Below, one piece after another: positions 50,755 through 60,939 of a stretch of 64,000 nt of DNA. Source of the stretch: Acaryochloridaceae cyanobacterium VAR_48_metabat_390. GTDB lineage: Bacteria > Cyanobacteriota > Cyanobacteriia > Thermosynechococcales > Thermosynechococcaceae. Under the pieces are notes generated by a model, which had not been told where the DNA came from, did not search any database, and worked only from the letters and a program-made list of their open reading frames with translations. Each line of letters starts with the position of its first letter. Within the stretch, counting starts at the first letter, position 1. The stretch is taken from contig JANPLU010000030.1 in NCBI GenBank assembly GCA_031422435.1, positions 64,001-128,000 of the forward strand. Reading direction: 5' to 3'. A program made the translations under genes and the position numbers.

Positions 50755-50783
50755 GTAGGGGCGCGCATACCTTGCGCCCCCAC
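50755..50783. repeat. GTAG-type REP-like palindrome
   Basis: GTAGGGGCGC-GCATACCTT-GCGCCCCCAC between convergent genes; 29 bp, same length as the copy at 35913. Confidence 0.7.
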
Positions 50784-50815
50784 AGAGTGTTTGGCAGTTT
50801 TTACGTTCACAGCAA

Positions 50816-52606
50816 CTACCTCTGTTGAGTAGCTTCTGGCGGCGGAGTGTCGCTTAGCTCAAATACAGGGCAATACCCTTCTGGGGAAACTTTGCTGCCG
50901 TAGAGGCTAGAGCGTTGGTTCCAGCAGCGTTGACTGCGGTAATGTTTACAGTTGATGCAGCCTTTGAGAAGCGTGTCGCTAGGGCGACGGGTTTTCATCA
51001 TGAGTTCCCGCTGTGAGATACCCCGCAGCACCAGCATTTCACCTTGCCAAGTGGCTTCAATTAGTCCGGTATCGGCAAAACTCCGCCACCTTGGGTCTTC
51101 CATGATCTGTCGAGGCAGGATGGCTATCACCTCCGCTGCTTGCTCCTGCACTTCTCCATTAAAGACGGCATCAACACCCGTGGGCATGGCAGGCTGAATC
51201 AACCCTTCTCCAATGGGAAGCTCAAGTCGGTTTCCGACCCTTGGAGAATGCAGGTGATAGCGATTGGCTAACTCTTCTAGACTAATTAAGTCGGCAAGGT
51301 AAGCGGGGCTACCGTGCATAAACACGACGTGCTGAGGCCGCAGATTATGAATAAGCTGAGTGGTGCCTGACCCATCGCAATGTTCTGCCAGCAAAAAGGT
51401 ATCGAGATCGATGGTTTCGGCATGGAGAAGAGTATTCCAATAGGAAATGTTACTGGAGTCTTCGGACGCCTTATCAGAAAATAGATCGGGCGGTGGAATT
51501 GCTTCCTCCATTGCTGAAGTGGGGAATTCGCGGGGACGATGTTCTGGTACTAGAACAAGCCAAGGATGTTCAGTTTGTCCGCCGCCGCAATAGTTCTGAA
51601 TATCAACCGTTTCCCCTACCAGAACGATGCAGGGATGAGTGAACAGAGGCAGTTGCTGGGCATTAAACATCTGCCCTTTTGTTTCGCTGAGCCGACGCAC
51701 ACGTGGACGAACGCGCTCATCCCAGAAGAGCGCCTGATGCTGGGCAAAATTTTGAACCGTTGGGGGCAGATGGGGCAATAGCTCTAGATAAGCGTCGCAG
51801 CCCAGCGCAATGGAGTCTTCTACCCAAATGTCTAAATTTTTTCCTGTAAAGGTGTGGTGACTCCGCATCAACATTAACAACTCTTGGGCTAAGCCTAAAG
51901 CGGGTACTGGCGTTAGCACCGACTGCCCTTGCCGAATGGCCTGCATAACGCGCTCGGCAAACTGATTTTCTTGCTGGCGACGGTGAGGATGACGCGCGGT
52001 TCCAAAACTGCCTTCTAGAATCAACACGTCGGGGGTAAGTCCGCGCAGTTCTGAGAGCGGCAGACCGTCAACCAGACGAGAATTAGACAGCAAAAAGTCT
52101 CCGGTATAGAGAATGGTGTAGGGGCGAACCGCTCCCTTTCCCTGAGGGGTGTAGGTTAATAGACAGGCCGCAGCTCCAGGAAGATGTCCGGCTGGATATA
52201 GCTCAAGGGTTAATCCTGGTGCCAGTTCTGTAGGGGTACGCCACGGTAAAGGCTGACAAAAGCTGGGTAGGGTCTGTCGCTCTAGAACAGACGGCCAGTT
52301 GAGCGGCAGCAGATGCGCCGTCACTTCACTGACGAAAATGGGCAGTGTAGGGAAAGCGTTGTGCAGGTCTAAAAGCCCCCGCGCATGATCTGCGTGAGCA
52401 TGAGAGCAGATGGCAAAGTCCGCAGGGCAGGTAGGGTCGATGGGGGTGGCAGAGGTTGGGGCAAAGGGACTGGAGGCAGAGAACAGCGATCGCAGGTCAT
52501 TTAGCCCACAGTCGCACAAAATTCGATAGGGTCCCATCCGCAGTAAAAAGCAGACGCCTTCTTTTGCGTGACCCGTTCCAAAGGGGATGCACTCTAGCTC
52601 AGTCAT
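50816..52606 (-). CDS. MBL-fold/beta-CASP hydrolase with C-terminal Cys cluster
   Basis: DCG, SHAHADH, AGHLPGA, YTGD, EGSFG; C-terminal CINC...C...C. Confidence 0.85.
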   Translation of the reverse strand: MTELECIPFGTGHAKEGVCFLLRMGPYRILCDCGLNDLRSLFSASSPFAPTSATPIDPTCPADFAICSHAHADHARGLLDLHNAFPTLPIFVSEVTAHLLPLNWPSVLERQTLPSFCQPLPWRTPTELAPGLTLELYPAGHLPGAAACLLTYTPQGKGAVRPYTILYTGDFLLSNSRLVDGLPLSELRGLTPDVLILEGSFGTARHPHRRQQENQFAERVMQAIRQGQSVLTPVPALGLAQELLMLMRSHHTFTGKNLDIWVEDSIALGCDAYLELLPHLPPTVQNFAQHQALFWDERVRPRVRRLSETKGQMFNAQQLPLFTHPCIVLVGETVDIQNYCGGGQTEHPWLVLVPEHRPREFPTSAMEEAIPPPDLFSDKASEDSSNISYWNTLLHAETIDLDTFLLAEHCDGSGTTQLIHNLRPQHVVFMHGSPAYLADLISLEELANRYHLHSPRVGNRLELPIGEGLIQPAMPTGVDAVFNGEVQEQAAEVIAILPRQIMEDPRWRSFADTGLIEATWQGEMLVLRGISQRELMMKTRRPSDTLLKGCINCKHYRSQRCWNQRSSLYGSKVSPEGYCPVFELSDTPPPEATQQR

Positions 52607-52636
52607 TAGCGCCCCTCCAAAGTGGCAGCAGCAGCG

Positions 52637-53509
52637 TCATTTTACCTGTATCGCTGTGCTGTGCTGCTCCATTTGCTCTATCAGAGCCTGCCAGAGGAGC
52701 TGTGTTAAAGAGCCAGGACAACTCGGCAGTATCACGTCGTTAATTTGGCGCACAGGCATCAGCAGCCGCACCGATGAACTTAAGAAAGCCTCTTGCGCTG
52801 AGCCTAAATCTTCGGGTCGCAGCACAATCTCTTGGTGCGGGATGTTGTGCTGTCTCAACGCCTGCATCAAAAATGTGCGGGTAATCCCCTGCAAAATGCC
52901 GACTTCTACAGGCGGTGTTTGAACCACGCCGTCTCGGACAATCCAAAGGTTGCTGGTGGTGGCTTCTGTAACTTCGCCTTGAGCGTTGAGCAGAAGCGCA
53001 TCGTCTGCACCCATCTGCTGTGCTTCTAGCAGCGCCAAGATGTTGTTGAGATAATTCCCTGTTTTAGCGGCAGGGTCGAGAGCCTGCTTACTATTGCGCA
53101 AACGCTCCGGAATGACCAAGTGCAGCCCCGTGTGTGACATCACTGGCTCTGGGGGAATGCTGGAAATGACAATCAGAAGGTTTGGCTGAAGTGTTTTGCT
53201 GGGCTGAAGGCTAATGGTAGCCTCAGTACCGCGACTCACCACAATTCGCACATAAGAATCTGACCAATCTGCTTGGGCTAGGGTTTTTTCAACCTCGGCC
53301 TGAATTTCTGCATCTGTCCAAGGCACGTCCATGTACAGATAGGCGGCAGATTGACGGAGGCGATCGAGGTGTTCTTTGAGGCCAAAATGACGACTGCGAA
53401 AGGTTCGGACGACCTCATATACGCTATCTCCATACAAAAAACCTCGGTCTAAAACCGAAACTTGAGCCGTTTCTGAAACATGGCCGTTGAGGTTTGTGAG
53501 GAGCGGCAT
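52637..53509 (-). CDS. Class IV aminotransferase (IlvE/PabC-like)
   Basis: DRGFLYGDSVYE, HLDRL, KTGNY, E...SN, ILQGITR. Confidence 0.92.
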   Translation of the reverse strand: MPLLTNLNGHVSETAQVSVLDRGFLYGDSVYEVVRTFRSRHFGLKEHLDRLRQSAAYLYMDVPWTDAEIQAEVEKTLAQADWSDSYVRIVVSRGTEATISLQPSKTLQPNLLIVISSIPPEPVMSHTGLHLVIPERLRNSKQALDPAAKTGNYLNNILALLEAQQMGADDALLLNAQGEVTEATTSNLWIVRDGVVQTPPVEVGILQGITRTFLMQALRQHNIPHQEIVLRPEDLGSAQEAFLSSSVRLLMPVRQINDVILPSCPGSLTQLLWQALIEQMEQHSTAIQVK

Positions 53510-53578
53510 AGGGCTTTTTGTACAGATGACATTGTTAATCTATCTGAATTTCTGTAGCGTAAAGCCTTCTCGTTAAGA

Positions 53579-53896
53579 TTATTTGTCAATCTCTTGCTTC
53601 ATGCGCTCTAGGGTTTTAGTCATTTGCTCAAACATTTGTTGGGATGTAATTCCAAATTGACTCATCTGCGTATTCATCTGCTCAACAGTGAGCTTTGCCA
53701 TAAAGTCATCGGAGAGTTCAAACCGCTTCATAAACACGCGATAGCGATCCATCATAGCTTCCATTTTCTCAATGAAAAGCACCTTGCCTTCGCGGTCAAA
53801 CTTGCCGTAGTCACCCCCCAATTTTGTTAATGACTGATAGTCGTCGAAAAGGTTTTTGGCTTCACTTTGGACAATTTCAGATTCAAAAAATCCCAT
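53579..53896 (-). CDS. DUF1825-family protein
   Basis: MGFFESEIVQ...YGKFDREGK...KRFELSDD. Confidence 0.8.
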   Translation of the reverse strand: MGFFESEIVQSEAKNLFDDYQSLTKLGGDYGKFDREGKVLFIEKMEAMMDRYRVFMKRFELSDDFMAKLTVEQMNTQMSQFGITSQQMFEQMTKTLERMKQEIDK

Positions 53897-54100
53897 GGCT
53901 GGTTCCGGTTCCTTCCTGTGGTCAAACTCAGACAGGCAGACAATTTATACCTTTATGGTATCGCCTGCGATCGCCCAAGCCTAGGGCGACCCATTAGGGA
54001 AAACCGTAATGCTACGGGTTCGATAAACTGGTGTAAGGCTGGTTCTAAAAAATGCTCTAACAATGCGTTTGGCCTTTTACTGCTGTTGCCTGTGACGCCT

Positions 54101-55258
54101 ATGCAAGTTTATTTGGACTACAGTGCCACAACGCCCTGCCGCCCTGAGGCGATCGCCGCACTCCAAAACTCCCTCACCCAAGGATGGGGCAACCCATCGA
54201 GTCTGCACGAGTGGGGCAAACGGGCAGCTTTTGCTGTCGAAGAAGCCCGTTGGCAGGTGGCGCAGCTCATTAACGCGCCGTCGCCAGACTCCATTGTGTT
54301 TACTTCCGGCGGTACGGAGTCTAACAATTTGGCGCTGCTGGGGGCTGCTCGTCGGTTTGACGCGCCGCAGCATTTGATTATTTCTAGCGTGGAACATCCG
54401 GCGATCGCCCAAACTGCCGCTTTGCTTAAAACTCAGGGCTGGCAGGTCACGCAGCTATCTGTCAATGCCTATGGTCGTGTAGACCCTGAAGATTTACGGG
54501 CGGCACTTCAGCCCAATACGGCGATCGTTTCTATTATTTATGGACAGAGTGAAGTGGGGACGCTTCAGCCCATTGAGGCATTAGGCACCATTGCTCAGTC
54601 TGCTGGGGCGCTCTTTCATACCGATGCGGTACAGGCGGCGGGACGCATCCCGCTTAATGTAGAGGCACTGCCCGTTGATTTAATGTCGCTTTCTAGCCAT
54701 AAGATCTATGGCCCTCAGGGCATTGGTGCGCTTTATGTCAAACCAGGTGCCATGATTGAGCCAATTTGGGGCGGTGGCGGTCAAGAGCAAGGGTTACGTT
54801 CTGGCACACCTGCGGTTGCGCTCATTACGGCCTTTGGTGTTGCTGCGGCCTGTGCCCGAGCGGAGGTTAAAACCGAACCGGATAGGCTGCGGGGATTGCG
54901 CGATCGCCTTTTAACTCAGCTCCACGATCTTGCACCCCTTAAACTTACAGGGGATCCGATCCATCGGCTACCCCATCACGCTAGCTTTTGTTTGATGACC
55001 GCCCCGCCCATCAGCGGTCGAGAGATTGTCAAACAAATGAATACAGCAGGTATTGGGATTAGTGCGGGTTCGGCCTGTCACAGCGGCAAGCTTCAGCCCA
55101 GCCCAGTGTTAACTGCCATGGGCTATGAGGCAAAACTGGCACAGTCTAGCCTTCGCATCACCCTTGGGCAGGCAACCACCGCAGAAGACATTGACTGGGC
55201 TACAGTTGCACTACGCCAGATTGTGGGTCGGCTCACAGCCACTGCCGTGCAAGTTTAA
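54101..55258 (+). CDS. Cysteine desulfurase (IscS/NifS-like)
   Basis: YLDYSATTP, GNPSS, FTSGGTE, SSHKIYGP, SAGSAC; ATG at 54101. Confidence 0.95.
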   Translation: MQVYLDYSATTPCRPEAIAALQNSLTQGWGNPSSLHEWGKRAAFAVEEARWQVAQLINAPSPDSIVFTSGGTESNNLALLGAARRFDAPQHLIISSVEHPAIAQTAALLKTQGWQVTQLSVNAYGRVDPEDLRAALQPNTAIVSIIYGQSEVGTLQPIEALGTIAQSAGALFHTDAVQAAGRIPLNVEALPVDLMSLSSHKIYGPQGIGALYVKPGAMIEPIWGGGGQEQGLRSGTPAVALITAFGVAAACARAEVKTEPDRLRGLRDRLLTQLHDLAPLKLTGDPIHRLPHHASFCLMTAPPISGREIVKQMNTAGIGISAGSACHSGKLQPSPVLTAMGYEAKLAQSSLRITLGQATTAEDIDWATVALRQIVGRLTATAVQV

Positions 55259-55266
55259 TGAACTAT

Positions 55267-55303
55267 AAAAAAGCTGCCATTAATCTCAAGATTAACTGCA
55301 GCT
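55267..55303 (-). terminator. Terminator for minus-strand transcript(s)
   Basis: AGCTGC..TTAATC-TCAA-GATTAA..GCAGCT with an A6 tract on its left. Confidence 0.65.
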
Positions 55304-55332
55304 ATGAAAAACGGATTGAATGGAGGGCTAAT

Positions 55333-55482
55333 TTACCTCGAAAAAGTGGGACGACCTGCCTGCAAAAGCTGCATTGAGTGAATTTGAGCATCGACCAAGA
55401 AAAACAGGCTGGCAAAAACTATAAGGTAAATGCCCAGCGCTAAACTGGTTTTAGAACGTAACAGTGAGGGGAGTGAGTTCAT
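55333..55482 (-). CDS. 49-aa single-TM small protein
   Basis: MNSLPSLLRSKTSLALGIYLIVFASLFFLVDAQIHSMQLLQAGRPTFSR; AGGTG upstream; terminator 30 nt downstream. Confidence 0.55.
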   Translation of the reverse strand: MNSLPSLLRSKTSLALGIYLIVFASLFFLVDAQIHSMQLLQAGRPTFSR

Positions 55483-55652
55483 CTTTCACCTGCACGGATT
55501 CAGATAGTAAGTGCACTCACAGTATGCTCCAAGCAATTAAAGAATGAGCAGAACTTGTTCAATCGTTAAAATAATCTAAATTTTTCGTCACAGAAATTAA
55601 TGAAGCTCAACTGCTTTATTTTCCTGTAGGCCACAGAGGAATATTAAGAGCG

Positions 55653-56300
55653 CTACACGGCTAAAGGCAACGGGCAAGACACATTCACCCCGCCTAAACC
55701 GCAGTAGCCATTAGGGTTCTTTTCGAGATACTGCTGATGATAAGCCTCAGCAAAGTAAAACTCAGGCGCATCTAAAATCTCGGTCGTAATGCTGCCATGT
55801 CCTGCATTTTTGAGCGCCTTTTGATATTCATCTCGTGAAGATTCAGCTAAGGCTTTTTGCGCGGATGAATAAGTATAAATGCCTGACCGATATTGAGTGC
55901 CTGCATCATTACCTTGGCGCATCCCTTGGGTGGGGTTGTGGCTTTCCCAAAATGCTTTAAGCAGTTCTGCATAAGAGATTACCCCAGGGTCAAACACGAC
56001 GCGCACCACTTCGTTATGACCCGTCATGCCAGAACATACTTCTTGGTAAGTCGGGTTAGGGGTAAGCCCCGCAGCGTAGCCCACGGCTGTACTGTAAACA
56101 CCGTCTAGTTTCCAGAATGCTTTTTCTGCCCCCCAAAAGCAGCCCAGTCCAAACATGGCAATTTCCATGCCTTCTGGATAGGGTGGCTTGAGAGCATTGC
56201 CGTTTACGAAATGGCGATCTGGGACTGAAATTGCTTCTGGGCGACCTTTGAGTGCGGTTTCGGGGGTGGGAAGCGTGGATTTTTTGCCAAAGCCAAACAT
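55653..56300 (-). CDS. msrA: Peptide methionine sulfoxide reductase A
   Basis: [24 protein letters not shown]. Confidence 0.97.
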   Translation of the reverse strand: MFGFGKKSTLPTPETALKGRPEAISVPDRHFVNGNALKPPYPEGMEIAMFGLGCFWGAEKAFWKLDGVYSTAVGYAAGLTPNPTYQEVCSGMTGHNEVVRVVFDPGVISYAELLKAFWESHNPTQGMRQGNDAGTQYRSGIYTYSSAQKALAESSRDEYQKALKNAGHGSITTEILDAPEFYFAEAYHQQYLEKNPNGYCGLGGVNVSCPLPLAV

Positions 56301-56427
56301 AGCAACCTAACTTTTAGACTAAACAACATTAATGTGTCTTTAGCCTAACGAATTTGGGTAAAAAGGCTGAAGGGGCGATCGCCGTACCTAGCACAGCCCA
56401 TTATGTTGAGAATGGCGCAGAGAGACG

Positions 56428-56838
56428 CTACTCCCTGACCCAGCGACGATAGAGATTTTGAATGGACTGCGTGATGGTATTGTGCAAGCTGGAGTTAGAA
56501 GCCGCCAAAACCTCCTTTTGCTGAATTTCCATGAGAAACTGTGCTTCAGCACTGTCCACATCGCCATCGCTGTAGATTAGTCCGCTAATTTCTTCAAGGA
56601 GCTGCTGCACTTCTTCGGGCGCTGGCTGCTCACCTAGATATTCATCAATCCAGCAATGGCATTCCTCGGTTGAGACAGCGCGTAGGCCATTAATCCAAGG
56701 GTTGAGTTCTGCATCGTCTGATAACCCTTTTTGCTGGGCAATTTTTTGCAGACGCTGCTGTTCTTCGGGCTGCACTTTGCCATCTAGCCAGGCAGCACCA
56801 ATTAAAATCTTGAGCAGTTGTTTGGCATTCTTAGACAT
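56428..56838 (-). CDS. TerB-family protein
   Basis: AAWLDGKVQPEE and LIYSDGDVDSAE paired acidic motifs. Confidence 0.8.
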   Translation of the reverse strand: MSKNAKQLLKILIGAAWLDGKVQPEEQQRLQKIAQQKGLSDDAELNPWINGLRAVSTEECHCWIDEYLGEQPAPEEVQQLLEEISGLIYSDGDVDSAEAQFLMEIQQKEVLAASNSSLHNTITQSIQNLYRRWVRE

Positions 56839-56853
56839 AGTAGAAGTGCTCCT

Positions 56854-57486
56854 ATGGTGAAAGACGGTTTTCTACAGGTCGCAGGGGTGGATGAAGTGGG
56901 ACGGGGTTGTCTTTTTGGGCCTGTGGTAGCGGCTGCGGTCATTCTATCGCCCACCGCAGCAGAAGCGTTGCTGAAGGCAGGCGTTAAAGATAGTAAACAG
57001 CTTCGGGGGGCAACCCGCGAGATTCTTTACGAAACCATAAGAACCTATGCGGTAGACTGCCGCATCGGAATGGCTTCAGCGCAAGAAATTGATCGCATTA
57101 ATATTTTGCAGGCTAGTCTGCTGGCAATGCGTCGGGCGATCGCCCGTCTTTCTCCCGCCCCCGATCTTTGCCTTATTGACGGAAATCGCCCCATCCCTAA
57201 TTTTGCAATTTCGCAACAAACCATTATTAAAGGCGACCAGACTGAAGTGGCGATCGCCGCCGCCAGCATTATTGCCAAAGTATGGCGCGATCGCCTTTTG
57301 GTTCGTTTAGACCGTCGCTACCCGGGTTATCACTTAGCCTCCAATAAAGGATACGGCAGCCGCGTCCATCAAACCGCACTGCAAACCCTTGGCCCAACTC
57401 GTCAACATCGGCTATCATTCTCGCCCTGTCAAAGAAGTTTATGTCATGGCGAGCAGATCCTTTTGCCCCATCAAACCTTCGTGTAA
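56854..57486 (+). CDS. rnhB: Ribonuclease HII
   Basis: AGVDEVGRG, DSKQL, IAAASIIAKV.RD, NKGYG, HRLSF; ATG at 56854. Confidence 0.96.
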   Translation: MVKDGFLQVAGVDEVGRGCLFGPVVAAAVILSPTAAEALLKAGVKDSKQLRGATREILYETIRTYAVDCRIGMASAQEIDRINILQASLLAMRRAIARLSPAPDLCLIDGNRPIPNFAISQQTIIKGDQTEVAIAAASIIAKVWRDRLLVRLDRRYPGYHLASNKGYGSRVHQTALQTLGPTRQHRLSFSPCQRSLCHGEQILLPHQTFV

Positions 57487-59445
57487 AGTAGCCCGATTGC
57501 GACCTGCTGCTTTGGCTTGATACAGTGCGCCATCCGCCGCTTCAATGAGCGCATTGGGACTCATTGAAAGCGTTGGGACAAAACAGGCCACACCTAAACT
57601 TAGGGTCACAAAGTCGTCGGTGAGAGAATGGCTATGGGGCAGCCTTAGACCTGCAATATGAGACTGGATCAGTTGAGCAACACTCATCCCTCCTTGTGCA
57701 TTGGTGTTGGGCAAAATAACGGCAAATTCTTCCCCGCCGTAGCGTGCCGCGATGTCAGCCGGTCTTTTGACGCTCATCTGAATCGCCTGCGCCACCTGTC
57801 TTAGGCAAGCATCACCCCCTAAGTGCCCGTAGGCATCGTTGTAGCGTTTGAAATGATCCACATCACTCATAATCAGCGTTAAGGGCTGCTGCTCCCGTGC
57901 CAGTCGTTGCCATTCCAGCTGTAGGCATTCGTCAAAGCGACGGCGATTCGAGAGCTGCGTCAGACCATCCACACTGGCTAACTGCTGGAGTTCTTGATTG
58001 GCAACCTGGAGCTGTTGGTAAAGCCCCGACTGGTGAATGGCAATAACCAATTGGTTAGACAACTGCTGAAGCAGGTTAATTTCTAATGGCTCCCAACGGC
58101 GGGGTGCACTACATTCGTTGATCACCAGCAACCCCCACAAATTTTCATGTTCCCCAATCGGAACCACTAAATTGGCCTGAATCCCTAATTCTGATAAATT
58201 CTGTTGCTGAACGTCTTCTGGTCTAGATATCGCCAAATCAGGAATGGAATGGATTCGACCGGAGCGATAGAAGTCGGCAGAAAAGAGGGGCTGCGCTTTA
58301 TCTCCCCAACATAAGTTTTTAAGTAGAGGTACAGTTGCATCTACCGATTCAACGGCAATGCTGCCGCTTCCGTCAGGCTGAAACTGATAAATCAACGCTC
58401 GGTCAACCTGTAAAAACGCACGGACTTCCGTCACCGCCATCGTTAAGATTTCTGCAAGATTCAGCGACTGACGAATGCGCTGTGAGATTCGGTTAATTAA
58501 GCGCTCTCGCACCATCTGCTTTTGTAACGCTGCCTTTGCCCGCTTCCGCTCTGAGATCTGCCGCTGTAGCTGTTCATTAGCGTGCTGAAGACTAGACGTT
58601 CGCGTATCCACAATTTTTTGGAGCGTTGTGATTGTCAAATGGGCTTCCATCGGATCCACAATGCTGAGGACGCTGGTTTGGGTCACAATTCCTGCTAATG
58701 CTCCCACAGCGTCAACGACAACTAGACGCTGAAGACCTTTGGCCTTCATTATTTCGTGGGCATTCCATAGGGTTTCTTCCGGCTGAATTAGCGTCAGGGG
58801 TGCGCTCATAATGGCGGCAGCGGCGGTTGTGCCAAGGTCAATGCCTCGTAAACTCAGTTGGGCAATATCGCGTTCTGTCACAATGCCAATGGGTTTAACC
58901 ATCAGATTTGGCTCTTGCGTTGTAACCACCACACAGCTCACCCGATGCTCATGCATGAGTTGCGTTATGGCAAGAGCCGAAGACTCGGCTAAAGCTGAAA
59001 CAACTGCCGTAGACATTACTTCTCTGACTCGCCGAAAGTGCAGTAGATCCACGGGGTTTAGAAAGTCGCGTAGGCTCTCCTGCGTAACAATGCCGCCGCA
59101 GGTTCCGGTTGATGTGACTACGGGAAGGTGTCGAATTTGATGTTGACGCATCTTTGCCAAGATTTTTAGTAAATCCTGGGTCACAGGTTCTTCTAAGCAA
59201 GTTAAATTGCGCGTCATTACGTCTGCGATGGTTAATTCGGCTAGGGGTTTTCCCGTGGCGACTAACCGAACTAAATCACGATGGGTGAAGATGCCGACTA
59301 AGCGTTGTTCGTCACTGACCAAAGCGTAGTCCGCATGTTGACCGGCAATAAGCGCCAGCACTGCTGTGACAGATGCGGTGCCATCCACATTGAGGGGAGT
59401 GCGATTAATCGCCTGATGTATCGAAAAATCTGAGGTTAAGGTCAT
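57439..59445 (-). CDS. Diguanylate cyclase (four CBS, GAF, GGDEF)
   Basis: CBS motifs (GIFTHRD, RHLPVV, GIVTERD, GIVTQ), GAF domain, RPAD I-site and GGEEF. Confidence 0.93.
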   Translation of the reverse strand: MTLTSDFSIHQAINRTPLNVDGTASVTAVLALIAGQHADYALVSDEQRLVGIFTHRDLVRLVATGKPLAELTIADVMTRNLTCLEEPVTQDLLKILAKMRQHQIRHLPVVTSTGTCGGIVTQESLRDFLNPVDLLHFRRVREVMSTAVVSALAESSALAITQLMHEHRVSCVVVTTQEPNLMVKPIGIVTERDIAQLSLRGIDLGTTAAAAIMSAPLTLIQPEETLWNAHEIMKAKGLQRLVVVDAVGALAGIVTQTSVLSIVDPMEAHLTITTLQKIVDTRTSSLQHANEQLQRQISERKRAKAALQKQMVRERLINRISQRIRQSLNLAEILTMAVTEVRAFLQVDRALIYQFQPDGSGSIAVESVDATVPLLKNLCWGDKAQPLFSADFYRSGRIHSIPDLAISRPEDVQQQNLSELGIQANLVVPIGEHENLWGLLVINECSAPRRWEPLEINLLQQLSNQLVIAIHQSGLYQQLQVANQELQQLASVDGLTQLSNRRRFDECLQLEWQRLAREQQPLTLIMSDVDHFKRYNDAYGHLGGDACLRQVAQAIQMSVKRPADIAARYGGEEFAVILPNTNAQGGMSVAQLIQSHIAGLRLPHSHSLTDDFVTLSLGVACFVPTLSMSPNALIEAADGALYQAKAAGRNRATLHEGLMGQKDLLAMT

Positions 59446-59532
59446 AGGACAAACCAGGAAGTTTTTATAAAAACCCTGAGGGATGATTAACCTAGCATTC
59501 CCTAACTGCGTTGTTTGTCTTAACGCAAATTT

Positions 59533-60855
59533 TTAGAGACTATCATTAACCTTAGCGACAAGAGTCTGTTTACTTTTTAATTCACCTCGGAATGCCAGAA
59601 GTGCTGTTCCATAAGCGGCCTGCTGCTGTGGTGAGGGATAGACCGATACCTTAAGCTGTCGCTGCCGAATCTGTCGCCAGCACTCATTTTGGGCACCACC
59701 CCCCGCTGTAAAAACCTGCTGAAGCGAGGATGCGCCCATTTGTTCTAAAAGCCTATACCCCGTCGCTTCAATGCGAGCCAGACTTTCGAGCAGACCGTGT
59801 AAAAACTCAGCGTCATTGATAGGTCGGGGCGTTATCTGTGGCTGTAAATTAGGCTGATTGAAGGGAAAGCGTTCTCCTGGCGTAAGGAGCGGATAGTAGT
59901 GAAGCGGACTTTCTTGGCTGGAGTCAATCTGCGAACTGAGCTGCGCTAATGCTTGGGGCGAGAAAAAGTGCGCCAGTGCCAGCCCCCCTGTGTTGGAGGC
60001 TCCCCCTGCCAGCCAAAGATTCCCGAAGCGATGGCTGTAGATGCCGTACTCGGCACAGTCGATGCGCTGCTGGCTCAGCAGCTTTAAGACCAGCGTGGAG
60101 CCGAGGGAGGTGACGGCTTCTCCTGGCTCTGTGGCGGGACTGGCAAGGAATGCCGCAATGCTGTCGGTGGTGCCCGCTCTGATTTGACAGTTGAAGGGCA
60201 GATCGAGTTGGGCTGCTATGGCTGGAGAAACTACTCCAATGACAGTCCCTGGGGGCAATACTTTGGGCAAAAGCGGCTGAAGGGGCTGGAGCAGTGGCGC
60301 GGAAAACCAGGCTGGATAAATTTCTAGCGCTGGGTCATAGCCTAGCTTGAGGCTATTATGGTAGTCGCTGATGCCAAGCTGTCCGTGCAGTAAAAAGCTT
60401 ATCCAGTCGGCCTGATGCAGAAAATGCTTCGCCTTTGTCCACTTTGACTGGGTTTGAAAGGTTAAGAGCTTGACTAAGCTTGAGCTGGCGCTGAGTACGC
60501 AGTGATGGGCTGGCGCAACGGTGGAAAGCGAATCGAGAACTGCCGGATCGCCTTTGTCGTTATACATCATGGGCGGACACAAAGGCTGACCCGACTGATC
60601 GCACAGCAATACAGTGGAAGAAGTGCCGTTGATGGCGATCGCCCTAAGCTGTGACCTTATGTCCTTAGGTAGGTTGCCCAACAGCTCAAACAACATTGCT
60701 TTCCAGCCCAGTGGGTTACGCGCATCTTGAACTGAACCAAAGGCCAGTGACTGCTCATGCAGAATTTGGGTGGTGGGAGAGAGGGCGGGCGTTTGGTGTA
60801 TGGCGATCGCCCGTGCCCCAGAAGTGCCAAAGTCTAGTCCTAGAAAAGCATTCAT
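59533..60855 (-). CDS. FGGY-family carbohydrate kinase (ribulose/xylulose kinase-like)
   Basis: GLDFGTSG, GTTDSIAA, GGASNTGG, AGGGA. Confidence 0.9.
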   Translation of the reverse strand: MNAFLGLDFGTSGARAIAIHQTPALSPTTQILHEQSLAFGSVQDARNPLGWKAMLFELLGNLPKDIRSQLRAIAINGTSSTVLLCDQSGQPLCPPMMYNDKGDPAVLDSLSTVAPAHHCVLSASSSLVKLLTFQTQSKWTKAKHFLHQADWISFLLHGQLGISDYHNSLKLGYDPALEIYPAWFSAPLLQPLQPLLPKVLPPGTVIGVVSPAIAAQLDLPFNCQIRAGTTDSIAAFLASPATEPGEAVTSLGSTLVLKLLSQQRIDCAEYGIYSHRFGNLWLAGGASNTGGLALAHFFSPQALAQLSSQIDSSQESPLHYYPLLTPGERFPFNQPNLQPQITPRPINDAEFLHGLLESLARIEATGYRLLEQMGASSLQQVFTAGGGAQNECWRQIRQRQLKVSVYPSPQQQAAYGTALLAFRGELKSKQTLVAKVNDSL

Positions 60856-60939
60856 TGCTTATTAGCTGTATCTCTTTCGCTCAATCATCTTATAGATCTT
60901 GTAGTGTAGATAGCATAACCTCTGCAACCCATCCTGCCA

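Noticed and set aside
53867..54100. N-terminal extension of the cysteine desulfurase given in the ORF track
   Set aside because: It overlaps the divergent DUF1825 gene; family similarity starts at MQVYLDY (54101)
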